Shown here: piece after piece, positions 55,632 to 63,540 of the stretch | Layout: every line of letters begins with the position of its first letter | Position numbering within the stretch: the first letter of the stretch is position 1 | Sequence record: NC_041972.1 | DNA length: 64,000 nucleotides | Direction: 5' to 3' (one strand) | Notes under the pieces: model-generated | What the model was told of the DNA's origin: nothing | Databases searched by the model: none | The model's input: only the letters and a program-made list of their open reading frames with translations | Program-made: the position numbers and the translations under genes

Positions 55632-56373
55632 GAAGTGCTTTGGCGCGTCGTCTGTCTATAAAGAAGATGATGGCAGTACACGCATTACCGCTGACCAGTA
55701 TGAACTTACGCTGGGTCGATCCTACCATCCTAAGCTCAAGCGTAAGGTGGGTCGGGGATTTGGCTTCTATGTCGAAAATGGCGAGAAGCTCGAGTTCGTC
55801 TTGCGGGGTTACTGGTTTGTGTTGATCGCCTGGAGCAAGAAGCGCAAATCACTCAAGTGGGACGAAGCGGAGAATGCACCGACCTACGGCTTCAATGTTG
55901 TTGACTCTGACTTAGCGATCTATCTCGGCAACGAATCCGCTAAGTCAGACAAACACATCAGCATGCGTAGTCGCAGCAAATACATCCCCCTGCCCTGGGC
56001 CTGGACCTTCCATAAGCGTGAAGTGTTAACCACCCGTGACACCTGGGCTGATGTCAAAGAAGGTGCGTTGTCTCAAGAGTGGTCGTTCCCCGCCACATAC
56101 GTCACCAAGCACAATGAAGTGCAAGAGATGATGATCGAAGCGAAGATGGAGCGCATGACCTGGCGCCTGGCATGGCTCCCTTGGTTCGTACCGGTTACCA
56201 AGAAAGACCGCTCGGCGAGTTACAAGTACCACGGGAACGGTGGTAACGGGGTTGGTCACGACGCCAGTGGCTGGAAAGGCGGGGTCATCGGTGGCGGGGT
56301 CATCATGCGAGACAATGAACACAACCCGAAAGAAACATTCGACCGTTTAATTAAAGAGCAGCATTACGGCTAA
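55624..56373 (+). CDS. Hypothetical phage protein
   Basis: Trp-rich; C-terminal SGWKGGVIGGG motif. Confidence 0.65.
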   Translation: MFKKCFGASSVYKEDDGSTRITADQYELTLGRSYHPKLKRKVGRGFGFYVENGEKLEFVLRGYWFVLIAWSKKRKSLKWDEAENAPTYGFNVVDSDLAIYLGNESAKSDKHISMRSRSKYIPLPWAWTFHKREVLTTRDTWADVKEGALSQEWSFPATYVTKHNEVQEMMIEAKMERMTWRLAWLPWFVPVTKKDRSASYKYHGNGGNGVGHDASGWKGGVIGGGVIMRDNEHNPKETFDRLIKEQHYG

Positions 56374-56385
56374 GAAGGAAAACAC

Positions 56386-57537
56386 ATGCGTCAGTATTTG
56401 GATGGGATTCGTTACATCTTTGAGAACGGGTCACAACGAGGGGATCGCACCGGGGTAGGTACGTTGTCGGTGTTCTCGATGAAGCAGACTTACGATCTGC
56501 GTCTGGGATTCCCACTGGTCACCAGTAAGAAAGTGCGTATCGATTTTATTATCGAAGAGCTCATCTCCTTCCTGTCGGGTAATCCCGATATGCCGGGTGT
56601 GGGTATCTGGGATGATTGGCGTGTTAAAGACGAAGTCTCTCGTGAAGTCCCGTTAGAGAACCACGAGCGTTTAAAACTCTGGGTTGAGAAGTCGGACCTG
56701 AAGTATAACGTTGCTTACCTTCAACTCAATGCGATGGGTTCTGTCGAAGCGGGTCATCGTTTCCTGGATGAGCAAGGGATTCCACGTAACAGAAAAGAAG
56801 TACTGGTAGCAGAAGGTGCACTCAATGCACCCTATGGGCCAGCGTGGCGTGCGTGGAAAGGTCGTCTGGGCGAAGTGCATGATCAGATCGGTTATCTGCT
56901 CAAGTTGCTTAAAAACAATCCTACGAGCCGTCGTATGCTATTGTCTGCCTGGGACCCAGCGAACATGCCGGATGAGTCTATCAGCCCGCAGGATAACATC
57001 ATTGATGGCAAGCCACCTCTGACTCCGTGTCATTGGGCGTTTGAGCTGTACACTGACGAAATCCTGGCAGAGGAACGCCTTGATTGGGTCGAAGCTAACG
57101 CACCTAGCCTCTGGGAAGACTACAATGATCGTTCAGGACGTGGTCAATGGTTAGGCGACACAGACAGTAAGCGCCTTCATGAATTCCTGGACGAAGCCGG
57201 CGTACCGAAGTATTACCTGGATATGAAGTATCACCAACGTTCCTGTGACTATATGGTTGGCGTGCCGTATAACATCGCCAGCTATGCGGTGTTGCAGCAC
57301 ATGTTCGCCGCCACCTGTAACATGATCCCGCGGATACTGGAAGCGGATATGACTAACATCCATATCTACAACTTCCACAAAACCAATGCGGTCATGCAGG
57401 CCAGTCGCAGCCCACGCGCACTACCCACTCTGAAGGTACTCGCCGCTCACGATAAGTTGGAAGACTATACGTTGGAAGACTTTGAACTCGAAGGTTATGA
57501 TCCGCATCCTTTTATTAAATATGAAAGAGCGGTCTGA
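56386..57537 (+). CDS. thyA: Thymidylate synthase with two insertions
   Basis: DRTGVGT, FPLVTSKK, IWDDW, SRRMLLSAW, PCH (catalytic Cys), HQRSCD, VPYNIASY (Asn, dUMP-specific), HIYNFH. Confidence 0.97.
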   Translation: MRQYLDGIRYIFENGSQRGDRTGVGTLSVFSMKQTYDLRLGFPLVTSKKVRIDFIIEELISFLSGNPDMPGVGIWDDWRVKDEVSREVPLENHERLKLWVEKSDLKYNVAYLQLNAMGSVEAGHRFLDEQGIPRNRKEVLVAEGALNAPYGPAWRAWKGRLGEVHDQIGYLLKLLKNNPTSRRMLLSAWDPANMPDESISPQDNIIDGKPPLTPCHWAFELYTDEILAEERLDWVEANAPSLWEDYNDRSGRGQWLGDTDSKRLHEFLDEAGVPKYYLDMKYHQRSCDYMVGVPYNIASYAVLQHMFAATCNMIPRILEADMTNIHIYNFHKTNAVMQASRSPRALPTLKVLAAHDKLEDYTLEDFELEGYDPHPFIKYERAV

Positions 57538-57569
57538 TCCATTGGTGCGTTGAAGGGAGCACAACGGTA

Positions 57570-57935
57570 ATGAAGAGAGAGTCCAGTTACACCCTGGTCT
57601 TTGGGGAAGGTAGTACTGAAGAAGATGTCAATACCCTGCGTGAGATGGTGTCACACATGCGGGGGTTGACCGGGTTGTCGCAGCTGGGGGCGTTTGAGGT
57701 GTTCGTTACCCATTATGAATTGCAACGTAAAGACGCAGGGCTGATCATCAGTGATCTTCCAGTGAATGCACAGTCGTTGTTTGATGTCAGTGATCGACAG
57801 AACTGGCTGACACCGCTGTTCACTTCCCGGGGGTTAGTGGCGTGTGACTTGTTGTTGCTGTTGAAGCAAGGCAAATGGGCCGGAGAACACCTCAAGGTGA
57901 CCTTTCGGGTAAAGGGTATCAGGGCGAAAGCATAA
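57570..57935 (+). CDS. Hypothetical protein
   Basis: 121 aa, GGGAG RBS. Confidence 0.65.
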   Translation: MKRESSYTLVFGEGSTEEDVNTLREMVSHMRGLTGLSQLGAFEVFVTHYELQRKDAGLIISDLPVNAQSLFDVSDRQNWLTPLFTSRGLVACDLLLLLKQGKWAGEHLKVTFRVKGIRAKA

Positions 57936-57936
57936 C

Positions 57937-57969
57937 GCATACGGAGGGGTCATTCCCTCCGCTATGCCG
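57937..57969 (+). terminator. Hairpin + CTATGCCG element
   Basis: GCATA-CGGAGGG-GTCATT-CCCTCCG-CTATGCCG. Confidence 0.7.
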
Positions 57970-58003
57970 ATTAAGTTTTTAACAAAGTTTACTGCAGATC
58001 TTT

Positions 58004-58020
58004 TCAGACCTATATCACGT
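58004..58020 (+). promoter_or_regulatory. Candidate phage early promoter TCAGACCTATATCACGT
   Basis: 15/17 identical to 40041-40057; TATATCAC is one mismatch from phiKZ TATATTAC. Confidence 0.6.
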
Positions 58021-58067
58021 CGGTGAATAACCTTTCACTAATTAACCAATCCGTAAGGAGTTTTATC

Positions 58068-59444
58068 ATGGCTGCATTAAAATCTAAAGTTGAACTGTTT
58101 CACTGGTATCAGGAACTGAAAACTGAATTTAAAACCGGCAAGATTACCGTGTTCGAATTTGAGCGGCAAGTGCTCAGCGAAATTCTTTCCCTGACCGATA
58201 CTGGTAAAACACCATCTACTGCCAAAATCAGTCTGGTAGTGGACATCCTTAATTCTGTGGTTTTTGATCATGTGTTTACCGCAGACGGTATCATTGACCT
58301 GGACAACATGCTCGCTCGTGAACACGTACGCAACATTTCGGAATTGACGGCAGCACGCAATAACTTTATTACCATACAAGCCCAGGCCCGTCTGAACAAA
58401 GAAAAGGAACAGACTGCGAAACCAGCAGAGCAGAAGGCGTTTGCCAAGTTTCCAACGAAAGAAGAGCTCGAATATTGGGTTAATGCCAGAAAGCTATTCC
58501 GTTATGGTAACCCCAATACGCTCGGCACTGAAGCATACCAGGAGGTTGTCAAATACTGGCATCTGGTCGATAAATATCTGGGTACATTAAAACTGGAACT
58601 GGATCACACCGACCCTAACTACGTCGATAACATCCTGTTGATTGACTACTTTGTATCGTTGGTCGCCAAGCAAGAGGTTCCTGAGGAAGAACGCAGGCAT
58701 CTGAAAGACACACTTAGCAGTCTATATGCGTGCCCCATTAAAACCCCACACATCGATGCATTTGTCGAACGTGACCAACACCCCCTTCCAGTTAAGCCAA
58801 AACAACCACCCATCGCGCAACAAGCCATCGACCGCGCTATTGCCTGGCGTGAAGAGGAAACCAAAACAAACCATCAGCAAAAAGACATATTACGAGAATT
58901 CGCCGATCAATACTGTCCGGTAATGGTGGCCAAGCAACATGCCACTCAGCAGTTGTTTGATTTCGTTGCTCGTGCGGTGAAACGTGTCTTGACCGCCATT
59001 GCTCAGCCAAACAACCCGGAAGACGCCGAGATGCTGGCAAAAGGTCATGCCATCAACATTCTCAATGTTAAGCATGGTGTAATTGGTGTCAGTACCACGA
59101 TTACCAGAAACGGTCTGGTCAAGTTACGCATCTTCGCTGAACGTGAACTATGTAACGAGGACTACGGTATTCCGACTCTGTCGTATAATCAAGTCCGTCA
59201 ATCACCTCATGCAACGTTCAGCATACCAATGCCGGCACTGATAGATGGGTTCATTAACATGTGGGATATCCCTAATCAGGCCCCTCGCCATATGCATAAT
59301 AGCGTAGGCGGTATGTTGGGTAATCCCTATCCGTTACAGCAGCTTGATGGTTTGATGTCAGCTATTGCAAGAGAAACAGCCGAGTACGGCGTTACGCCTA
59401 CTTATGGCATGATCGAAGACAGCATGATTGTTGTGCTGCATTAA
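58068..59444 (+). CDS. Hypothetical multi-domain protein; shares helical modules with 59508
   Basis: AAGGAG RBS at ATG 58068; 458 aa. Confidence 0.7.
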   Translation: MAALKSKVELFHWYQELKTEFKTGKITVFEFERQVLSEILSLTDTGKTPSTAKISLVVDILNSVVFDHVFTADGIIDLDNMLAREHVRNISELTAARNNFITIQAQARLNKEKEQTAKPAEQKAFAKFPTKEELEYWVNARKLFRYGNPNTLGTEAYQEVVKYWHLVDKYLGTLKLELDHTDPNYVDNILLIDYFVSLVAKQEVPEEERRHLKDTLSSLYACPIKTPHIDAFVERDQHPLPVKPKQPPIAQQAIDRAIAWREEETKTNHQQKDILREFADQYCPVMVAKQHATQQLFDFVARAVKRVLTAIAQPNNPEDAEMLAKGHAINILNVKHGVIGVSTTITRNGLVKLRIFAERELCNEDYGIPTLSYNQVRQSPHATFSIPMPALIDGFINMWDIPNQAPRHMHNSVGGMLGNPYPLQQLDGLMSAIARETAEYGVTPTYGMIEDSMIVVLH

Positions 59445-59451
59445 TTCACAC

Positions 59452-59480
59452 GGGGAGGTTTCCCTCCCCCTTTTATTTTT
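59452..59480 (+). terminator. Rho-independent-type terminator
   Basis: GGGGAGG-TTTC-CCTCCCC followed by CTTTTATTTTT. Confidence 0.75.
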
Positions 59481-59507
59481 TAATTAACCTACTGTGAGAA
59501 TTTAACC

Positions 59508-60209
59508 ATGAACAAAGAAACTTATACTACCTGGTACAATGGATTAAAAGAAAGATTGGCGACTGGGCACATTAATCAAGAACACTACGAGACACTTATT
59601 GTTGACAATCTAAGTTCATTGATTACTCATTTCTTCAATAGTCGATACGACGATGGTCATATGTCTCTGGAGGAGCATTTTGCGTTAGTTAATCATTATT
59701 TCGAACTGGTTGCTGATGCAGAAATATCAGAACGCAGTGCCATGCTCATGGTACGTTCTGTAGCTAGCAGTATTCAAAAGCTACCAGCGGCTAAAGCCTT
59801 CGCAGAGAAACATAACACTCCGGCGCCGTCAATTAAAGAAATTCTTGGTAGTCGACCTGGTTTACTGCGTAAGCATGCTGCCAGCACGACCGAGAAGATG
59901 ATAGGGTGTCCGGTGATCACCCAGGCCAACGAACCTGAGAACGAAGTAACCATTGACTTACCCTGGAAATTGGCATTGCACGTTTACAAAGGGTTCCTGG
60001 TAAAGGCGCTGATGTCAAAGCACGGATATAAATACAGTGATGCGTATAACTACATTACTGATCATCAGAACAAATACGACGAACTCTTGGCAGAAGTCCT
60101 CAACAACATTATTGCTAATGAGGAATCGCATCTGGTGTCGGTAGGTGGCGGCATCACTGCAGCGGGTACTGGTCTGGTGGTAAGCGGGATTATTAAGCCG
60201 GAGGAGTGA
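59508..60209 (+). CDS. Chimeric protein: helical N-module plus RNAP beta'-like fragment (aa ~108-203)
   Basis: SIKEILGSRPGLLRKH..GCPVIT..IDLPWKLALHVYK.FLVKALM parallels beta' [38 protein letters not shown]. Confidence 0.6.
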   Translation: MNKETYTTWYNGLKERLATGHINQEHYETLIVDNLSSLITHFFNSRYDDGHMSLEEHFALVNHYFELVADAEISERSAMLMVRSVASSIQKLPAAKAFAEKHNTPAPSIKEILGSRPGLLRKHAASTTEKMIGCPVITQANEPENEVTIDLPWKLALHVYKGFLVKALMSKHGYKYSDAYNYITDHQNKYDELLAEVLNNIIANEESHLVSVGGGITAAGTGLVVSGIIKPEE

Positions 60210-60769
60210 TGAAAGGAGAGATAGAGACACGCTTCAGAAGACACTACGGCAACCACATTAAACGGGGTAGTGATATCGCAGTGCCTTTATACCACATTAG
60301 TCTACAGAATGACTTGGAGGGGCTATGGCGACCTAAAGCCCCTGACTCGCCATTTGATATTCCGAAGAAACCCAACATCATTACTGAAATGCCGCTCCCG
60401 CGTATCTGTGTAGCACCATCTATCGAACAGTGCTTCTGGGCAATCTATCCCAATATCTCTAAGCTCTTTGAAGAGGAAGAATACGCAGCGGTTTGTTTTG
60501 CGGTTTATCAACCGATTCTGCATGCCGGTATTGCTGTCGTGGATACCAGTACGTTAACGCAATGCCGACTAGTGCACGATGCACATATTACCGGCGAGCA
60601 TTGGTTACTTAGTGATACCACCATGTGTGTGATCGACTTTATTCAGGTTAATAACACCTCACACGGCGAGTTCGTAAAGTTCCATCCGTTTAATACCCCG
60701 GTTGGTAACGAATGGGAGCTCGCCCCTAAAAATGTTGTTTATCATTCACTTAAATTAACGGAGTTGTAA
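60206..60769 (+). CDS. Hypothetical protein, possible ADP-ribosyltransferase-like fold
   Basis: LYHIS, RICVAPS, DAHITGEHW. Confidence 0.5.
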   Translation: MMKGEIETRFRRHYGNHIKRGSDIAVPLYHISLQNDLEGLWRPKAPDSPFDIPKKPNIITEMPLPRICVAPSIEQCFWAIYPNISKLFEEEEYAAVCFAVYQPILHAGIAVVDTSTLTQCRLVHDAHITGEHWLLSDTTMCVIDFIQVNNTSHGEFVKFHPFNTPVGNEWELAPKNVVYHSLKLTEL

Positions 60770-60773
60770 ATCC

Positions 60774-61418
60774 ATGGTAACTGCTAGAAAAGCTAATAAG
60801 ACCTTAGGTGAGCACGCAGTGGCTCATGAGGCAGTAACACGCTTAGGTAGCAACAAGAAAGTCAAACCAGTTAAACCGCTTTGGACACTGGAGAACATCG
60901 AGGACAATCTGGTTGGTCAAGGCATCCTTGCCTACTTGAAACGCCACACGTCGTTATCGATCCGTGATATCAACACCGCGGCTAACCGCCTGACGAAGAT
61001 TGCTGATTCAGATATAAAGGAAGGGAAAGCGCGTGATTACGTGGCACGAGTTATTGGGTACAACAATTACGACGCTCTCAACGTCACCGTTCGTGCAGCG
61101 GTACCTGTGCGCAATCATGTACAACGTCGTAAAGCAAATCAGCCGGTCACAGAGTTGTTGATAGAAGACGAAGAACTGCCGCCGGTAACACGTACTGAAA
61201 TCAACCCCTTGGTGATGTTAGCCCTACAGCGTGAGATCTCTAAACGCGGCTTTCGTCTACTGGGTAAGAACTACCGGGCTTTCGTTAACAAGGATAACCC
61301 CGAGCACACCTTTACGTTGATGCAGGCGTATAACTACCTTGCCAAACAACTGGGTTATCCGGATTATCACTCTATGCCCCGTCAATACCCAATCATTAAC
61401 TTGCGCTACGTCGATTAA
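60774..61418 (+). CDS. Hypothetical protein with two copies of a small helical domain
   Basis: ARDYVARVIGYNNYDAL and AYNYLAKQLGYPDYHSM; GGAG RBS. Confidence 0.65.
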   Translation: MVTARKANKTLGEHAVAHEAVTRLGSNKKVKPVKPLWTLENIEDNLVGQGILAYLKRHTSLSIRDINTAANRLTKIADSDIKEGKARDYVARVIGYNNYDALNVTVRAAVPVRNHVQRRKANQPVTELLIEDEELPPVTRTEINPLVMLALQREISKRGFRLLGKNYRAFVNKDNPEHTFTLMQAYNYLAKQLGYPDYHSMPRQYPIINLRYVD

Positions 61419-61440
61419 CCTATTGTAAGGAATAAAGAAC

Positions 61441-62190
61441 ATGACAACGACTTTCCCGAAAGAGATGAATGCTGCTTTCCATCCTGATAACGAACAAACC
61501 ACCCAGCTGTGCAAAACGATCCAGCAGATCAGCGGGGTGGAGATCAAACGTGTACATGTGGTGATGGCGATCCACCATTACAAACAAAACGATGCGGCAC
61601 ATCAGCCTGACCACATGCTGGCGGTCTTAGCAGAAGCAGCCCACATCATCCAGTCGTTTCCTGACCTGGAGAAATGGCGCACCCAGATCATGTTAGGGTG
61701 TCTGTTCCATGACACCCACTGTCACATCGATCGGGATATGCACCACCTGCTAGGCGCCGAACATGCTCAAGAGGCATTACTGGAGTATGCGTGTGGTTAT
61801 GGGATGTCACGTGCGGATGTCTACCTGATCAGTCAGGCCGTGCTGGAGCATCGGGCTTCCTGGAAGTACCCGCGTATTAACCCTGTATCCAACGCTGTGG
61901 CGTCTGCAGATCGTGGCTACCCTGATCTAAAGAAATACATCCGTCGTGCTGTACAGTACCGTTACAAGCGCACGGCAGTCATCAACATGAACACCATCAT
62001 CGATGAGTCGATCGAGCACATGGTAGAGAAGTTCGGGGATGGCGGTTATGCCTGGGAGAGCTACCCGACATATGCGGCAGTGATGCACGGTGATGCGATC
62101 CAACAAGTGAAGCAACAACTGCGCAGTAAAGAAGGAAAGGCGCAACTCAAAGAGTACGCTGAACTCCACTTTGATGAGTGGGTAGAGTAA
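61441..62190 (+). CDS. HD-domain phosphohydrolase
   Basis: DHMLAV, CLFHD, HHLLGA, EHRAS, SADRG metal-binding pattern. Confidence 0.8.
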   Translation: MTTTFPKEMNAAFHPDNEQTTQLCKTIQQISGVEIKRVHVVMAIHHYKQNDAAHQPDHMLAVLAEAAHIIQSFPDLEKWRTQIMLGCLFHDTHCHIDRDMHHLLGAEHAQEALLEYACGYGMSRADVYLISQAVLEHRASWKYPRINPVSNAVASADRGYPDLKKYIRRAVQYRYKRTAVINMNTIIDESIEHMVEKFGDGGYAWESYPTYAAVMHGDAIQQVKQQLRSKEGKAQLKEYAELHFDEWVE

Positions 62191-62198
62191 GCTACGTG

Positions 62199-62227
62199 GC
62201 CGGAGGATTACCTCCGGCTGTTATGCC
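62199..62227 (+). terminator. Hairpin + TGTTATGCC element
   Basis: GCCGGAGG-ATTA-CCTCCGGC-TGTTATGCC. Confidence 0.7.
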
Positions 62228-62350
62228 TGTTCTTTCTTCTTTGTAATTCCCAACACATTCGGTCTTTGTTATACAAAGGCTATAATCTTTGTCCCGAGCT
62301 AAGGGTAACGTGAACAGTTATGCTGGCTTACTTTTTAAAGGTATCTTTTC

Positions 62351-62881
62351 ATGGATGGTTTATTTAATCTCTCCTCATGGCAATCGCTTTTACTTGTGGT
62401 GGTCGTACTCCTACTGTGGTTGTATTACCAACGACTTCAACACCTGCGTCGTAAGTATCATCGTCGTAATGAACGCATGATGGCGCAGAGCGTGGTCATG
62501 ACATCCCGGCTGTTACTGAGTACCTTCTCGGAGATTGTGGAACGTGCTAAGGAAGAGGACATCTACCAGCGTGATCCTAACTCCCCGATTGCGGCAGACC
62601 GGGCCAGTGCGATGGCCTGCTCCTCCATCTTCAGTGGGTTGTATAACCTGGTTGTGGTGCCCGTCACCACCCTTGATCCGGTGTTCAACGATTTATTGAT
62701 TACCGGTACTGAGCGGGAAGATGTTGAGGAAGGGGTCTTTGTGTCGTTTTATTTGGGTGAACAGCGTAATGATGTGGTTAGGCATTTTATACCCGACCGG
62801 TCGTTACAGGCCTTTATCACCCAAACGCGTGCCTTCAGTGCTTACCTGCGACAGGCTGCGAATACAAAACCACCACAATGA
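62351..62881 (+). CDS. Single-pass membrane protein
   Basis: N-terminal TM followed by basic stretch. Confidence 0.65.
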   Translation: MDGLFNLSSWQSLLLVVVVLLLWLYYQRLQHLRRKYHRRNERMMAQSVVMTSRLLLSTFSEIVERAKEEDIYQRDPNSPIAADRASAMACSSIFSGLYNLVVVPVTTLDPVFNDLLITGTEREDVEEGVFVSFYLGEQRNDVVRHFIPDRSLQAFITQTRAFSAYLRQAANTKPPQ

Positions 62882-62889
62882 GGTGACAC

Positions 62890-63420
62890 ATGACCAATTA
62901 TGGTTTTCTGCTGAACACAGTACTTCTGGCTTTTCTTATTTGGTTTGGTTACCGACTGCACAAGTTGGTGAACAACAGCGAGAAAGCCACCCTCGCCGCT
63001 GATCATAACGCCAAGCTGCGCTTCCTGACCTATGCGGCCCGGCAGATAATGAGTGACTTGTATACGTCGCTCAATCTTCCGACGCTCACTGGGTGTGCGA
63101 AGATGTATCTACGCGATGACGGCAAGCTTGATAATATTGAAGTCATTATGCGACTCTTCATGAAAACCCATAATGAGATTATTACCAAGCTCTCCGAGGG
63201 ATTGGTGTCAGACCATTTGAAGATCACCGATGTTAAAGTTACCCATGATCTGGTGACCAACGAAGTGCTCATCACACTCTTGTATCCGAATAAAGTCACT
63301 GACATCCTGGTCTTCCATCATAACCACCTGGCGCAGGCGATCTACCAACTGGATCGTTTGCAGCATCGGCTCTCAACGTTCCACAAAGCGGTGCCGAACC
63401 GCGACCTGTACCAACTCTAA
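62890..63420 (+). CDS. Single-pass membrane protein
   Basis: GAGG RBS; N-terminal TM; same length (176 aa) as upstream gene. Confidence 0.65.
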   Translation: MTNYGFLLNTVLLAFLIWFGYRLHKLVNNSEKATLAADHNAKLRFLTYAARQIMSDLYTSLNLPTLTGCAKMYLRDDGKLDNIEVIMRLFMKTHNEIITKLSEGLVSDHLKITDVKVTHDLVTNEVLITLLYPNKVTDILVFHHNHLAQAIYQLDRLQHRLSTFHKAVPNRDLYQL

Positions 63421-63423
63421 ATC

Positions 63424-63452
63424 AAGGGAGGGCTTCGGCTCTCCCTTATGCC
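63424..63452 (+). terminator. Hairpin + TTATGCC element
   Basis: AAGGGAGGGC-TTCG-GCTCTCCCTT-ATGCC. Confidence 0.75.
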
Positions 63453-63540
63453 ATCCGTTCTTCTTTTTTGGTTATTACTATGAATTGCAAGATTCACCAC
63501 GTAGTTCGTTTCACTTATTAACCCCTAAAGAGGAATAGTC

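Noticed and set aside
56386-57537. Uracil-containing or hydroxymethyl-cytosine DNA
   Set aside because: ThyA has the dUMP-specific Asn and intact catalytic motifs; no hydroxymethylase or modification cluster seen in the window.
1001-57537. Introns or inteins in RNAP subunit, sbcC, rtcB or thyA
   Set aside because: All are continuous ORFs of expected size; thyA inserts are short and lack intein or homing-endonuclease motifs.
62281-62286. Host sigma70 promoter (TATAAT)
   Set aside because: No credible -35 at 16-18 nt spacing.
5425-63452. Hairpin elements as CRISPR repeats or miniature mobile elements
   Set aside because: They are dispersed singly at gene ends, stems differ in sequence, and there are no regular spacers or target-site duplications.
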